From the NCBI GenBank assembly GCA_963789265.1, contig CAWBKB010000006.1, positions 32,001-96,000 on the forward strand: 64,000 bases of DNA, read 5' to 3'. Each line of letters opens with the position of its first letter. Position 1 is the stretch's first letter. This DNA is from an uncultured delta proteobacterium (GTDB lineage: Bacteria > Desulfobacterota > Desulfomonilia > Desulfomonilales > Desulfomonilaceae). The position numbers and the translations under genes were made by a program. Of the stretch, positions 1 to 9,765 are shown piece by piece. Below the pieces are notes generated by a model, which saw only the letters and a list, made by a program, of their open reading frames with translations, was not told the origin of the DNA and searched no databases.

Positions 1-158
1 GCGATTTGTGCATGAGCTGCATAAAGGATCTGGAGTGCCCGGCCTTTCACTTTGTAAAGGAAGAGAAAAAGATGAGGATTGACGCGGATCTCTGCGCGGG
101 CTGCGGCTTCTGCGTTCAGATCTGCCCATCCCGAGCCGTAAGGCCTGAAGGTCATTGA
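1..158 (+). CDS. iorA: Indolepyruvate:ferredoxin oxidoreductase alpha subunit, C-terminal ferredoxin domain (partial)
   Basis: Frame from nt 3 reads DLCMSCIKDLECPAF...DLCAGCGFCVQICPSRAV*, a 2x[4Fe-4S] motif pair. It lies directly upstream of an iorB-like gene. Confidence 0.8.
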   Translation, partial: DLCMSCIKDLECPAFHFVKEEKKMRIDADLCAGCGFCVQICPSRAVRPEGH

Positions 159-160
159 TC

Positions 161-667
161 ATGGTTGAACTGGTTCTCTGCGGTAGAGGCGGCCAGGGAA
201 TTGTTTTTCTGACACGCCAAATAGGTCAAATAGCCACAGCCAAAGGGCTAAACGTCATCTCCTCCGAGACTCACGGCATGGCGGTCCGGGGAGGCTCCAT
301 CAACTCTCATCTGAGAATAGGGCCGTTCTTCTCATCGCTTATTCGGGCCGGACATGCGGACTTCCTGCTTTCTTTGGATCCTTCTGAAACGGCCAACAAC
401 AGTCATTACCTTAAACCCAAGGGCCTAACAGTGGAAAATTCCATCGCAGAGGACAGCCCTAACGTCAGACGCGTTGATGCGGCGGCCATCGCACGAAACC
501 TCGGGCGCGTTCAATTAGAAAACGTAGTTCTCCTCGGATTTGTGGCCACACTCGAGAGTTTTCCAGTCACTGTTGCAGAAGTCCGCGCACATCTTGAACA
601 GGAGCCCAGGGAAAACGTGAGGGCTATGAACCTCGCTGCCCTGGAAGCCGGAATCGGGGCCGCGTAA
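161..667 (+). CDS. iorB: Indolepyruvate oxidoreductase beta subunit (POR gamma-like)
   Basis: GRGGQGI and SETHGMAVRGG motifs, NVVLLG; ATG 2 nt after the iorA stop. Confidence 0.85.
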   Translation: MVELVLCGRGGQGIVFLTRQIGQIATAKGLNVISSETHGMAVRGGSINSHLRIGPFFSSLIRAGHADFLLSLDPSETANNSHYLKPKGLTVENSIAEDSPNVRRVDAAAIARNLGRVQLENVVLLGFVATLESFPVTVAEVRAHLEQEPRENVRAMNLAALEAGIGAA

Positions 668-816
668 GAGGACTCTGCCGGGCGACGGAATAATCCTGTT
701 CATGCCTAAGGGAACCGGGGGCAGCGGAACGCCATCTTGTTGACGGCTATTGTCTATGTAGACCGATGGAGGGAATCTATTCACTGGTTCGGGGGCAACG
801 AGCCGCTCCAGCCGGC

Positions 817-904
817 GTCATTTCGAGTCGCCGGACGAAGCAATCTGTTTCGTTGAATGGGAGAGAATTAAGATTGTTTCGTGGCGTTGCTCCACGCTTT
901 GACG
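817..904. repeat. Degenerate palindromic intergenic repeat (GTCATTGCGAG...GCAATC...GATTGCTTCG...GCAATGAC family)
   Basis: Same motif order as the better copies near 10965, 24294 and 48894. Confidence 0.5.
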
Positions 905-1001
905 GGCCCTCGCAGAAGTGATTGCTCTAAAAAGAGGCGACATGCTGCTTGACCTGGATCTTCAAAAGCCTTACCCTGTGTGAAAGTGATGAGGAGACAC
1001 C

Positions 1002-1262
1002 GTGGGGATTGAGGAAGTACTGCTGGGGCTAGCGGATCGTGTACTGGATTTCGATGAGGCTTCGCTCGCTCAGCTTCAGGAAAAATACTTGAAGAAGGTT
1101 TCCGAGTTCTCGCCGACTCGGGATTGGGAACGATCCATTGTAGTGTACTTCCTGATCAATTCCGTGCGTGTGAAGAACAAGATTTTCAACGAAAAGGTAA
1201 AGGGGGCCGATCCGCCCGATCCCCCAAAATCTACTAAAAATACTCTTAAAATCGTAAAATAG
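1002..1262 (+). CDS. Small hypothetical protein (86 aa)
   Basis: GAGGAG SD before GTG; helical, protein-like sequence; possible TTGACC-N17-TACCCT promoter at 949-977. Confidence 0.75.
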   Translation: MGIEEVLLGLADRVLDFDEASLAQLQEKYLKKVSEFSPTRDWERSIVVYFLINSVRVKNKIFNEKVKGADPPDPPKSTKNTLKIVK

Positions 1263-1350
1263 GTGGAATGAATCAACTATTGAAGTAGGAAGTTATCGCA
1301 TCTGGTTGAGATCAAACCAGCTTCAAAAATTCAAAAATCCTTTTTTCGCC

Positions 1351-1378
1351 TTGATTTTCTTACGAGAAAAAGTATAAT
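1351..1378 (+). promoter_or_regulatory. Sigma70-type promoter
   Basis: TTGATT-N16-TATAAT upstream of the Gln-rich gene. Confidence 0.55.
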
Positions 1379-1499
1379 ATAGACGGTGATATCTGTGGGT
1401 AGTTCGAGCGACAACTAAGGATTGATTCGGCACAGCCGAGCCCTTGCTGGATAAAAAGGAGCTTCATGCCGAACTGCTCTTCTCCAAAGGAGAATCGCT

Positions 1500-2999
1500 A
1501 TGCGACGAAGATGGATAACCCTTATAAGCGCTGCGGTAGTGTTGGTGCTCATGGTCGCCCCGGCATTCGGGCAGGGGGCCGCCGGTAATCAGACCAACTC
1601 GTACGGTTATGGGCGCTCTACTCTGATGCAAACCCCTTCCGGGAGCTTCAATGGCAACCAACCGCCTGTTTATTATCCGTACTGGTCAAACTACCTGGAT
1701 AGAATGCAGCAAGAGGGAGGGTATTTAGCGGTGACCGGCAACTACCCGGGGTCGGCACCGATCACCAGCTACTATCCGGCATCCGAGAACAGCCAGGCAA
1801 CTTCGCCGCCGCAGAATGCAAGTCGATCCGACATATATTATAATCCTTCCGAATATTACGCCAACCAGGGCGGAGCGGCGTATCAGGCCCCTGTTGCGAC
1901 CGGACAAGCTGTTTCGGGAAGCCGGCAGAGCGCCGGGACATCGGGCAAGAAACGGCGATTGAGCATGAAAAAGCACCATAAGCATGCTCAGCAACAGGCC
2001 TATCAGCCGCAACAGGCCTATCAGCAGCAACAGGCATATCAGCCGCAACAGGCTTATCAGCAGCAACAGGCTTATCAGCAGCAACAGGCTTATCAGCAGC
2101 AACAGGCTTATCAGCAGCAACAGCAAGCCTATCAGCAACAGCCACAGAATAGTTACCAACAGCAGCAGCCTTATCAGCAACAACCCGGAGCATATCCTGC
2201 CGGCCAGGAAGCTTCTTATCAGCAGCAGGGCTACGGGCAGGCGGCACAGCCTCAGGCGGCACAGCCACAGGCTGGAGAGGCACAGGGGACATACTATAGT
2301 TCGGATCCCGCGGTGCGGGCTGCTCAACAAAAATCCTACGAGCGCGCGGTTGCCCGACAACGTGCGGCTGAACTGGCGGCTCAGCAACAGGCGGCCACCC
2401 AAGAGCTGACCCAGGCGCAACAGCAGTATCAAGTGGCTCAGCAAAAAGTTAGGGAACAACAGGCAAAGCAGCAGGCCCTACAGGCTGAATATCACAAGAA
2501 GGCGGTGGCCAATGCCTACGAGAGCTTGCGGTCTGCGCAGCAGAGGTACTACGACCTGATGGGGGTTTCCGGTGAAACCGGCAGACCTGCTCGACCAGGC
2601 AACCAAGCACAGGCAGGTGCTACTCAGATGCCGACGCAGCAGCCGACCCTTCAGTACCCGCAAATGGCGGCGAATCAGCAACAGCAACAGTACGGTCAGT
2701 CGGCCCAGCGCTATCAAAGAGGGCAGCCCCAGTATCCTTCGCAGGCCCCTACTGCACCTACTGCAGGCGGCCCTACGCCTGTCCAGCAGGGCATAACCCC
2801 ATATCAGGCCCCGCCGCCCGGACGGGCGACTCCCCTGCGCGTTCAGGGTCAACAGCAACAGCAGGCTGAGAGCGGAGGCGGGTTGTGGGCTACTCTCAAG
2901 GAGATTTTTGCCGCGCCGACTACCATTGGGGGCCAGCCGCAAGGCAACATGTTCGGCGCACGAGGTAGGGGGCCGGCCGGCCCTGGCCCGAATATGTGA
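1500..2999 (+). CDS. Secreted Gln/Tyr-rich low-complexity protein
   Basis: AAGGAG SD, Sec signal peptide (MRRRWITLISAAVVLVLMVAPAFG), QQAYQ(Q/P) repeats, coiled-coil Q/A region, downstream terminator. Confidence 0.85.
   Translation: MRRRWITLISAAVVLVLMVAPAFGQGAAGNQTNSYGYGRSTLMQTPSGSFNGNQPPVYYPYWSNYLDRMQQEGGYLAVTGNYPGSAPITSYYPASENSQATSPPQNASRSDIYYNPSEYYANQGGAAYQAPVATGQAVSGSRQSAGTSGKKRRLSMKKHHKHAQQQAYQPQQAYQQQQAYQPQQAYQQQQAYQQQQAYQQQQAYQQQQQAYQQQPQNSYQQQQPYQQQPGAYPAGQEASYQQQGYGQAAQPQAAQPQAGEAQGTYYSSDPAVRAAQQKSYERAVARQRAAELAAQQQAATQELTQAQQQYQVAQQKVREQQAKQQALQAEYHKKAVANAYESLRSAQQRYYDLMGVSGETGRPARPGNQAQAGATQMPTQQPTLQYPQMAANQQQQQYGQSAQRYQRGQPQYPSQAPTAPTAGGPTPVQQGITPYQAPPPGRATPLRVQGQQQQQAESGGGLWATLKEIFAAPTTIGGQPQGNMFGARGRGPAGPGPNM
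1990..2140 (+). repeat. Coding 18-bp tandem repeat, about 8 copies (QQAYQ[Q/P])
   Basis: Repeated caacaggc(c/a/t)tatcagc(a/c)g units visible in the sequence. Confidence 0.9.
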
Positions 3000-3023
3000 C
3001 AAGATCAGCCTGAACAGTTTGGC

Positions 3024-3054
3024 AAGTCCGGTCGAAAGATCGGACTTTTTTTTT
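3024..3054 (+). terminator. Rho-independent terminator
   Basis: aagtccggtc-gaaa-gatcggactt hairpin followed by a T run. Confidence 0.85.
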
Positions 3055-3111
3055 CCGGATTGTCGATGCTTAAACGGAAGGCCCCCCCAACGGCCGGGAC
3101 GACATTGGACT

Positions 3112-4910
3112 CTATTGGCTCCCGACTACTTCGTGTTGCTGATGATAAGTCCTCTGTATCATGTCATTTAGAAAGCGCTCAGGGTTTTGAACAGCTTCCC
3201 GCGGTATGACGAATTCGTGCTCCTTGGTTCGTTCCATGACGAGCTTTAGGCCGTGATGGTAATTCTGGAAAATTTTACGACACACTATCAAAGCTTCTTC
3301 CGAACCGTTCAGCACCAATCCTATCAATTCTTGAAGAGCGTCCTGGGAGAATCGGATCTTAAGTTCGTAGAGGCCCTCAAACTCTTTCTCAAACGCGTGG
3401 ATCTCCGCCTCCACTTTGACAAAACGCTTATAGACCGTTTCCGGAGTGAGACCTTGCTTCATGGAAGCATCTACAATCGCTTCCAGTGCCCAATCATTGG
3501 CCGATTTACCACAGGCCCTTTCGAATTCCGCGCACCTGGATTGCAATTCCTCAAGTAGTTCTGCCCTCTCCTGGGCATCAATCTGTTCGAAAATTTCGCA
3601 TCTGGAAGGATGGGACTCGTCTTCAAGAAACTCTTGCAGAAGCTTTCTTGGATCCTCGACCAACTCTTCGGTGACGGCCAGACGCGTGATATCTGTTGAG
3701 GGCGGTACCTCTTTCAAAGCTTACGAGGATCTTCTCCATCGCGCTTATTAGAGCCCGCGCCCCGGTTTTTTGGTGGTGCGCAAGCTCGGCTACCTTCCTC
3801 AATGCCTCGTCTTTGAACCGGATGTCTATTCCGTAAGCCTTGAAATCCTGTTTCTTGGCCGTCACAACCGAGGAATAGCGGTTCTTCAAGATCTTGTACA
3901 AATCTTCTTCTTCAAGATCGTCTAGCACCGCGACGACAGGCAGGCGTCCGACAAATTCCGACTCGAAACCATATTCGATCAGGTCTTCCGCTCTGACCTC
4001 CCGCAAAAGGTCGGTCCTGCTTTCTTTTGATTTGAGGCTTGCTCCGAAGCCTAGTCCCTTCACGCGACAGTCGCTTGGAAATGATTTCATCCAGCCCGTT
4101 GAACGCTCCGGAAACTATGAAAAGAATATCCCGAGTGTTTATTGTCCGCTTCAGCCGCTTCCCTGTTTTTTGAAAATGAGCCGCAGCCTCCATAAGGGAT
4201 ACCGGATCATGAGCCACCTTAAGATCGACCTCGGTTTCCTCCATCGGCTTGAGCAGATTCCTCTGAACGCCGGTTCGCGACACATCAATCCCTATTATAT
4301 TTCCTGAAGAAGCAATTTTGTCGATTTCATCTACATATATGATTCCGTACCGGGCCTTTTCGATGTCACCGTCCGCTTCTTGCACCAGATCGCGGACAAG
4401 ATCCTCCACATCGCCTCCAACATAGCCTGTTTCGCTGAACTTTGTTGCGTCGCCTTTTACGAAAGGCACGCCTATTTTGCGGGCGATGAGCTTGATCAGA
4501 TAGGTCTTGCCCACGCCGGTCGGGCCGATAAGGATCATATTATTCTTTATTCTTCCTATTCCTTCGCGATCCTCATCCTCTCCTTTCTGTTGAAAATAAC
4601 GAATCCGGTTAAAATGGGTGCATATCTTGGTGGAAAGGATTTCTTTCGCTGAGTCCTGACGTATAACAAAACGGTCCAGATACTCATGGAGTTCCGCGGG
4701 CTTCATATCGAAGCGGATGTGGGATGGCTCTACATCCTGTTTAACCGTTGCCCCGCCGCCGGTCTCTTCTGCACCGGGCCACGGACCGATCTGAGTTCCC
4801 ATAACACGTATGCGATTACCGTACTTGTTAGCCAGAAACTCATTTATTTCTTTTTCGATCTCTTTCGGATCAGGCAAATTCGATCCCCTGGTTTCATCTT
4901 TATCATTCAT
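3112..4910 (-). CDS. clpX: ClpX-like AAA+ ATPase with C-terminal extension, split by frameshifts near 4070 and 3715
   Basis: Walker A GPTGVGKT, DATKFSETGYVGGDVE, YVDEIDKI, GVQRNLLK, LGF loop, EFVGRLPV and TGARAL, spread over three consecutive ORFs. Confidence 0.8.
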
Positions 4911-5155
4911 GATTTCGACCCTTCCGAAGTCCTGAACCTCGTAATCGTCAATTCCATTGTAGTTTTTAATATATGTACTAGGCCCCCAAAGGTCAATCCT
5001 CTCACAACACTCTCGGGAATCCCATTACTATGGTTGACTTTCCGGGCTGAGCTGACATAAGTACTTGGATCGGCATTGCCTAATATAGTCATTACAGGCG
5101 GTTGTCAAAACGGCCACCTAACGCCACTTCTTGAGTTTTTAAATTGTGGGGTACC

Positions 5156-6106
5156 ATGAAGATTGTGTTTTGCGGCGAAACGTTTCCCAGAGCACCCCGG
5201 ATGCTTAAAGCCCTCCTCCCTGACGATGAGATCGTCGCGTCTCCCACCGGTCGGGTCGTCAAACAAGGGTTGACTGCCGATGTGATTGTTCCCCTTATGC
5301 ACCGCCTGGAGCCCGAGTTGATCCAAAATACGGCGGCCCGACTGATACATCAATGGGGCGTGGGGCTCGAAGGGGTGGATATCCCGGCCGCTACGGCGCG
5401 GGGGATACTTGTGTGCAATGTGCCGGGAGACGCGACAGCCAATGCCGATTCCACCGCCGAGCACGCGATCTTTCTCATGATGGGCCTGGCAAGGCGTATA
5501 CACGAATGTTTCACGGCTTTTCACGAAGGGATCTGGGGCGCCCCTATCGGCGAGGCTCTCTTTGGCAACACAGTGCTGATTGTGGGTCTGGGAAGGGTGG
5601 GTATGGCCCTCGCTCGCAAGCTGACGGCCCTAGGCATGACCGTTGAGGCGATCACTCGCACCTTCGACCCTGAGATGGAGAGGGCGCTAGGCGTCAAGAG
5701 AACCGCGAATCTTTCAGGCATGCGCGAGATGGCATCAAGAGCAGACTTTGTAGTATCTACCATCGCTCTAACCGAAGAGACGAGAAATCTTTTCGATCGC
5801 GAATTATTCCAATCAATGAAGAAGACCGCGTTCGTAGTCAACGTGTCAAGAGGCCCCGTAGTGAATGAACATGATTTACTCCGTGCGCTCGATCAAAGAA
5901 CAATAGCCGGTGCGGGGTTGGATGTTTACTCACGCGAGCCGCTGGATCCTACGAGCCCGCTTCTGTCGAGAAAGGATCTCCTCGTCACGCCGCACATCGC
6001 CGGCGCAACAAGGCAGAACTACGAGGGCATAGCGCGTATTGTCGCGGACAACATGCGGCTCTTCAAAAAAGGAGAAACTCCCTGCCACTGCGTAAATGCG
6101 CGATGA
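5156..6106 (+). CDS. D-isomer-specific 2-hydroxyacid dehydrogenase
   Basis: GLGRVG NAD motif, NVSRG, GAGLDVYSREP, TPHIAG. Confidence 0.9.
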   Translation: MKIVFCGETFPRAPRMLKALLPDDEIVASPTGRVVKQGLTADVIVPLMHRLEPELIQNTAARLIHQWGVGLEGVDIPAATARGILVCNVPGDATANADSTAEHAIFLMMGLARRIHECFTAFHEGIWGAPIGEALFGNTVLIVGLGRVGMALARKLTALGMTVEAITRTFDPEMERALGVKRTANLSGMREMASRADFVVSTIALTEETRNLFDRELFQSMKKTAFVVNVSRGPVVNEHDLLRALDQRTIAGAGLDVYSREPLDPTSPLLSRKDLLVTPHIAGATRQNYEGIARIVADNMRLFKKGETPCHCVNAR

Positions 6107-6188
6107 AACGACATCCGACCGACATCTGTAGTGAACTGCATTGAAAACCGGGCTTAGCAACTGAGCACCGCGTGGCGTGCCCCCATGT

Positions 6189-6355
6189 TATAGCCATTGC
6201 CAAAAGCAATGACCCGTTCACCGCCCGTCACCCCGGCGAAAGCCGGGGTCCAGTCCCGCGAGGAACGCGGGATTGAAAGAACTGGATTCCGGCTTCCGCC
6301 GGAATGACGGTGTGAGGCTAACTTCAATCGGATAAAACTTTTGGCAATGGGTATA
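6189..6355. mobile_element. MITE-like element with 18-bp inverted ends and terminal TA
   Basis: TATAGCCATTGCCAAAAG...CTTTTGGCAATGGGTATA; internal GTCACCCCGGCGAAAGCCGGGGTCC and GGATTCCGGC...CCGGAATGAC hairpins. TA ends resemble the IS630 type (inference). Confidence 0.7.
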
Positions 6356-6450
6356 CATGCAGCACGGCCGTATCGAAGTACAAAAGCCCGGCATGCTACC
6401 TGCGTTCCCAAAATCAGGTATGATGCGATTCTCAGTGCCGCCGCCATAGG

Positions 6451-7560
6451 TTACGAGGTTTCCTCGGGCGCGGCTTGCTCCGTCAATGTACGAGGATGAG
6501 ACCCGTCCCTGTCAAGCATCTTCAGGAACTTGCCTATAAGCTTTCCCGTCAGATCCTTTTTTTCCGATTCAGTCATGCCTGCAACCGGAATCTGGCCGCC
6601 GGCCATCTCCTTGTGGCCCCCAGCAGATCCCGCCTTGCCCACCAGTCTGCGAATGGCCGCGCCGGCCCTGTGAATTCTCGACGTTGATCTCATTGAAAGG
6701 ATCAGCGCGTTCTTGTGCTCACCCAAGCACAAGGACCAGCTCACACCTTCAAGACGCAAAAGGAGATCGGCCAACTCGGGGATAATGGCCGCAGAATTAA
6801 TCTTCCCCAAACATGAAATCGCGACGTCCCGGTAAACAGTTGTTCGAGCCAGTCCTCTCTCGTAGTCTACAAAGTACTCGGCGGAAAGGGCCGGGCGCTC
6901 GATACCTGCGACCACGCGAGGGTTGGTCAGAGGCGACAGGTAGCTGAATGCATTAAAATCTGCCTTCGAGGTCGCCCTAAGCAGGGAACTGGTGTCCGTC
7001 TTAATACCATACAGTAGGGCATTGGCAAGTGACCGTGTGGGAGGTACGTCCGCGGCCACGAGATACTCCGTTATTATAGTGGATGTGGCACCGTATGTGG
7101 TACGAATATCGTGAAACGCTGCCTTGAAAGAATGCTTGCGCACGGGATGATGATCGATCACGATCAAAGGGGCTTCGCTCCGAGAGTCCAAAAGGTTGTT
7201 TCCGGTCCCCGGCTGAGCATCGACAAGAGCGACTCCAAAGTACTTGGACGCGTCGGCGCGTGACAGTTGCGTTGTCTTGATCCGCAGCCTCAGGATCATT
7301 GCCTTGTTCTCTGAGCGTGTGACCATGCCGCCATAGCCTATGACGGACCGGATCCCGAACTTTTTCAAAACCAGAAACTGGAAACCGTAAGCACTTGCTA
7401 TTGTATCGGGATCAGGATTGTTGTGGCATAATATCAACAGGCGCTTGCGCCCCGCCCCTTCAAGGACGGCTGCCAGATCGTTGAGTTTGCACGAGGATCT
7501 GCCGACGTCCCACTTTAGGGAATTCAGAACTCCGAAAGTTTGCCCTGATATTTTGGTCAA
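6451..7560 (-). CDS. DHH/DHHA1 family phosphoesterase (NrnA-like)
   Basis: HNNPDPD, LVD, IDHH, GIKTDT, SAGGH motifs. Confidence 0.9.
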   Translation of the reverse strand: MTKISGQTFGVLNSLKWDVGRSSCKLNDLAAVLEGAGRKRLLILCHNNPDPDTIASAYGFQFLVLKKFGIRSVIGYGGMVTRSENKAMILRLRIKTTQLSRADASKYFGVALVDAQPGTGNNLLDSRSEAPLIVIDHHPVRKHSFKAAFHDIRTTYGATSTIITEYLVAADVPPTRSLANALLYGIKTDTSSLLRATSKADFNAFSYLSPLTNPRVVAGIERPALSAEYFVDYERGLARTTVYRDVAISCLGKINSAAIIPELADLLLRLEGVSWSLCLGEHKNALILSMRSTSRIHRAGAAIRRLVGKAGSAGGHKEMAGGQIPVAGMTESEKKDLTGKLIGKFLKMLDRDGSHPRTLTEQAAPEETS

Positions 7561-7618
7561 GATTCTTCCGGGTTGAATGGTTTCGAGTTCGAGTTGCGTT
7601 GTTCTTCGCCTTCTAGAG

Positions 7619-9205
7619 TCACTCCTCTGGGTTCTCGTCGTTAAACGATGCCATCATCTTGCGGACGAGACGTTCATTGAGCACCATACCTCGAATTACC
7701 CCCCTGGAGCGTGCATAGCGATTTTCAATAAAAGCTTCGAGCTTGAGGTTTCTCTTCTCAGGGACTGTCATTATTCCCATCATGGTCAGCGTTTCCCCCG
7801 GAGGAGCCATAGTGTTCAAATCGGGAAACTCAGTACCCGTGAGTATCGGCATGAGCCTCTGTCCTTTGAGGAGCTTCAAGACCATGAATGCAGCGAACTG
7901 GGCCACCGCTTCCATTTGGAGGTGTCCCCCGAAAAGCGGCATACCTACGAAATGGTCCTTCAGTATAGGATTTTCGTCGGGTGTAGGGACCGTGAACCTG
8001 GCGAATCCCAGGAAGCCGTCATATATGTCACCTTGCTCCATTATGACTCGATCAAGAAAGAGGAAGTTCTCCCCGTACATGCTCAGTGTGCGCCGTATCT
8101 CATCTCTTTCATAGCACGTCCACTTGCGGTTGACCGGGGCCTTGCGAGGTGTTTCTTCACGCTGCTTTGCAGTGCCGATAGAGGTACATCCGGTGAGGTC
8201 TCCATAGTGGACCTGACGTACGTCCCCCGGCTGATAACGCCCACCTGAAATGAATTCTCTCACAACAATGATACCGGAGGCTTCCAGCACAAACTCGGAA
8301 ATCGTCCTCACTCCCTCCCTGAGAACTGAGAAAGACCCGTCTTTTCTCAGCCTGGAGAAGAACTTCTCCACAGTTTGGGAAAGCCTTCCGAGGTCCGAAG
8401 AACTCGCAATCGAACGCCATTCTTCCTCGAGAAATCTCTTCGAATCCTCCAGGAGCCGATTCCAGCCGCGAAGTCCGGCAAGCGATCGCTCCATCCTGGA
8501 GAATGCAGGCGCCAGGTCTTCGGAGATTCCCGACGTCTGCTGAAGATCTTGAAGATAGTTGTGGATGACCGCGATCTCAATGCCCGTGAAGAACTGAGAT
8601 GACTGGGTCCAGGCTTCGGGCAGCGCAGCAACCAGGGTTCGTTTTCCTTGACGGGCTAAACGCACGGCCAGATCTTCAAGGTGCTTTTTGGTATGAGAAA
8701 TGAAGTAGGGCAAGTCCCCGCGGTAAGTGAGGGCCATGAACTGCGTGTCTTCGTTAGTGAGGCCCGACAAGCCGCTTACCGTGTCGGAAAAGGAGTCGGC
8801 ATTGACATAGTAGACATTTCTTTTCACTGTCGTGGCCAGGTCAAAGAAGGTCTGCTTCCCCTTGAAGATGTCACCCACTGCCTTCATGACCGATGGCTGC
8901 CTGGGGAATCCACCGGCGACCGTATGTATGACGGCGTCGAGCCGCATTACACCCCTGTCCCTTAGTCGACCTTCGATCAGCGCTAAGTCGTCGAAAACCC
9001 GGCACCTCTTGTCAAAACTGTACCGGAGAGGTACGTCTATAAGCGTTGTACCCAGTTCCGTGAAGACAGCCCGTTCGCGTGGATCTTCGGGGTTCAGAGA
9101 AGTGCCGAAGACTTCAGCGCCCGCTGACACAGCGGCTTTAGCAATTCCCGCCCCATAGCCGCCTTCACGAGCGCCGATAATAAGAATATTCATTCCGTTG
9201 AGCAT
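7619..9205 (-). CDS. Putative fusion: N-terminal FabI/SDR-like reductase plus C-terminal FabZ-like hot-dog dehydratase
   Basis: N-term ILIIGAREGGYGAGIAKA, LDAVIHTVA, ALTYRG..Y.....K; C-term FLFLDRV and DHFVGMPLFGGHLQMEAVAQ. Start moved to ATG 9205 because the longer ORF runs into an upstream repeat. Confidence 0.7.
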   Translation of the reverse strand: MLNGMNILIIGAREGGYGAGIAKAAVSAGAEVFGTSLNPEDPRERAVFTELGTTLIDVPLRYSFDKRCRVFDDLALIEGRLRDRGVMRLDAVIHTVAGGFPRQPSVMKAVGDIFKGKQTFFDLATTVKRNVYYVNADSFSDTVSGLSGLTNEDTQFMALTYRGDLPYFISHTKKHLEDLAVRLARQGKRTLVAALPEAWTQSSQFFTGIEIAVIHNYLQDLQQTSGISEDLAPAFSRMERSLAGLRGWNRLLEDSKRFLEEEWRSIASSSDLGRLSQTVEKFFSRLRKDGSFSVLREGVRTISEFVLEASGIIVVREFISGGRYQPGDVRQVHYGDLTGCTSIGTAKQREETPRKAPVNRKWTCYERDEIRRTLSMYGENFLFLDRVIMEQGDIYDGFLGFARFTVPTPDENPILKDHFVGMPLFGGHLQMEAVAQFAAFMVLKLLKGQRLMPILTGTEFPDLNTMAPPGETLTMMGIMTVPEKRNLKLEAFIENRYARSRGVIRGMVLNERLVRKMMASFNDENPEE

Positions 9206-9354
9206 GGAATTAAACCTTGGTTTACATGTGTCGTGCGCGTTCGACCTATGAAAATACAATACGCACTTAATGCAGTCAATGCGAGGGCGCCACGCAAAAT
9301 TAGCTTTTGGTTGGATGCACGAAGGACAAGATCCCCGGAAGATCTTGTCGTAAG

Positions 9355-9659
9355 CATTCACTAAGCCGCGGAAAGAGATTGTCATTGCGAGTCCCGCTTC
9401 CCGCGCATAGGCGTTAAGTTAAGGCAATTTCGTTCCTTTTCAGGAGGTCCATGCAGGCGGAGGGCGATCAAAGTCCCCCTGTTCTAAAGGGGGATTTAGG
9501 GGTATTTTCAAATAGTTATCCCAAAATCCCCCCTGGCCCCCCTTTACGAAAGGGGGGAACCCCGCGTTTCGCGGGGGTTAAGTTAACGCCAATGCGCGGG
9601 ACGCGGGATTTCACTCCTCGCAATGACAAGCTGCAGAAGATCCCCCGCGTAAGTGAACG
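9355..9659. repeat. CATTCACTTA-bounded repeat element, interrupted by a second MITE
   Basis: Ends and internal sequence match the uninterrupted copy at 24268-24404. Confidence 0.7.
9407..9593. mobile_element. About 187-bp MITE, copy 1
   Basis: Inverted ends ATAGGCGTTAAGTTA / TAAGTTAACGCCAAT with GCGC on both flanks; near-identical inverted copy at 19661-19845. Confidence 0.85.
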
Positions 9660-9765
9660 GGTACGTCTTGTCGGTTTTTTGCTCGCTGGAGATACAACCT
9701 CCGAGCTATAATTGTGGGGGATTGATTCCAGTTTCCGGGCTTCACCCGGCCATGAGGAGTTACAA

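Noticed and set aside
1990..2140. Tandem repeat as a CRISPR array
   Set aside because: No spacers, in-frame coding repeat, no cas genes.
1725..2459. Antisense and alternative-frame ORFs with LLLIS, PVAADK or SSNRLI repeats
   Set aside because: Shadows of the 18-bp repeat in the Gln-rich gene, which has the SD, signal peptide and terminator.
3623..4090. Frameshifts in the clpX-like, kinase, RND permease, adaptor and radical SAM genes as programmed frameshifting or true pseudogenes
   Set aside because: They are scattered over unrelated, otherwise intact genes with no shared slippery motif. Uncorrected long-read indels are the simpler explanation; read polishing would decide.
6451..7560. DHH phosphoesterase, DAC protein, MscS and K+ channel as one c-di-AMP system
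   Set aside because: The genes are tens of kb apart with no operon link, and the channels show no RCK_C or other c-di-AMP-binding domain.
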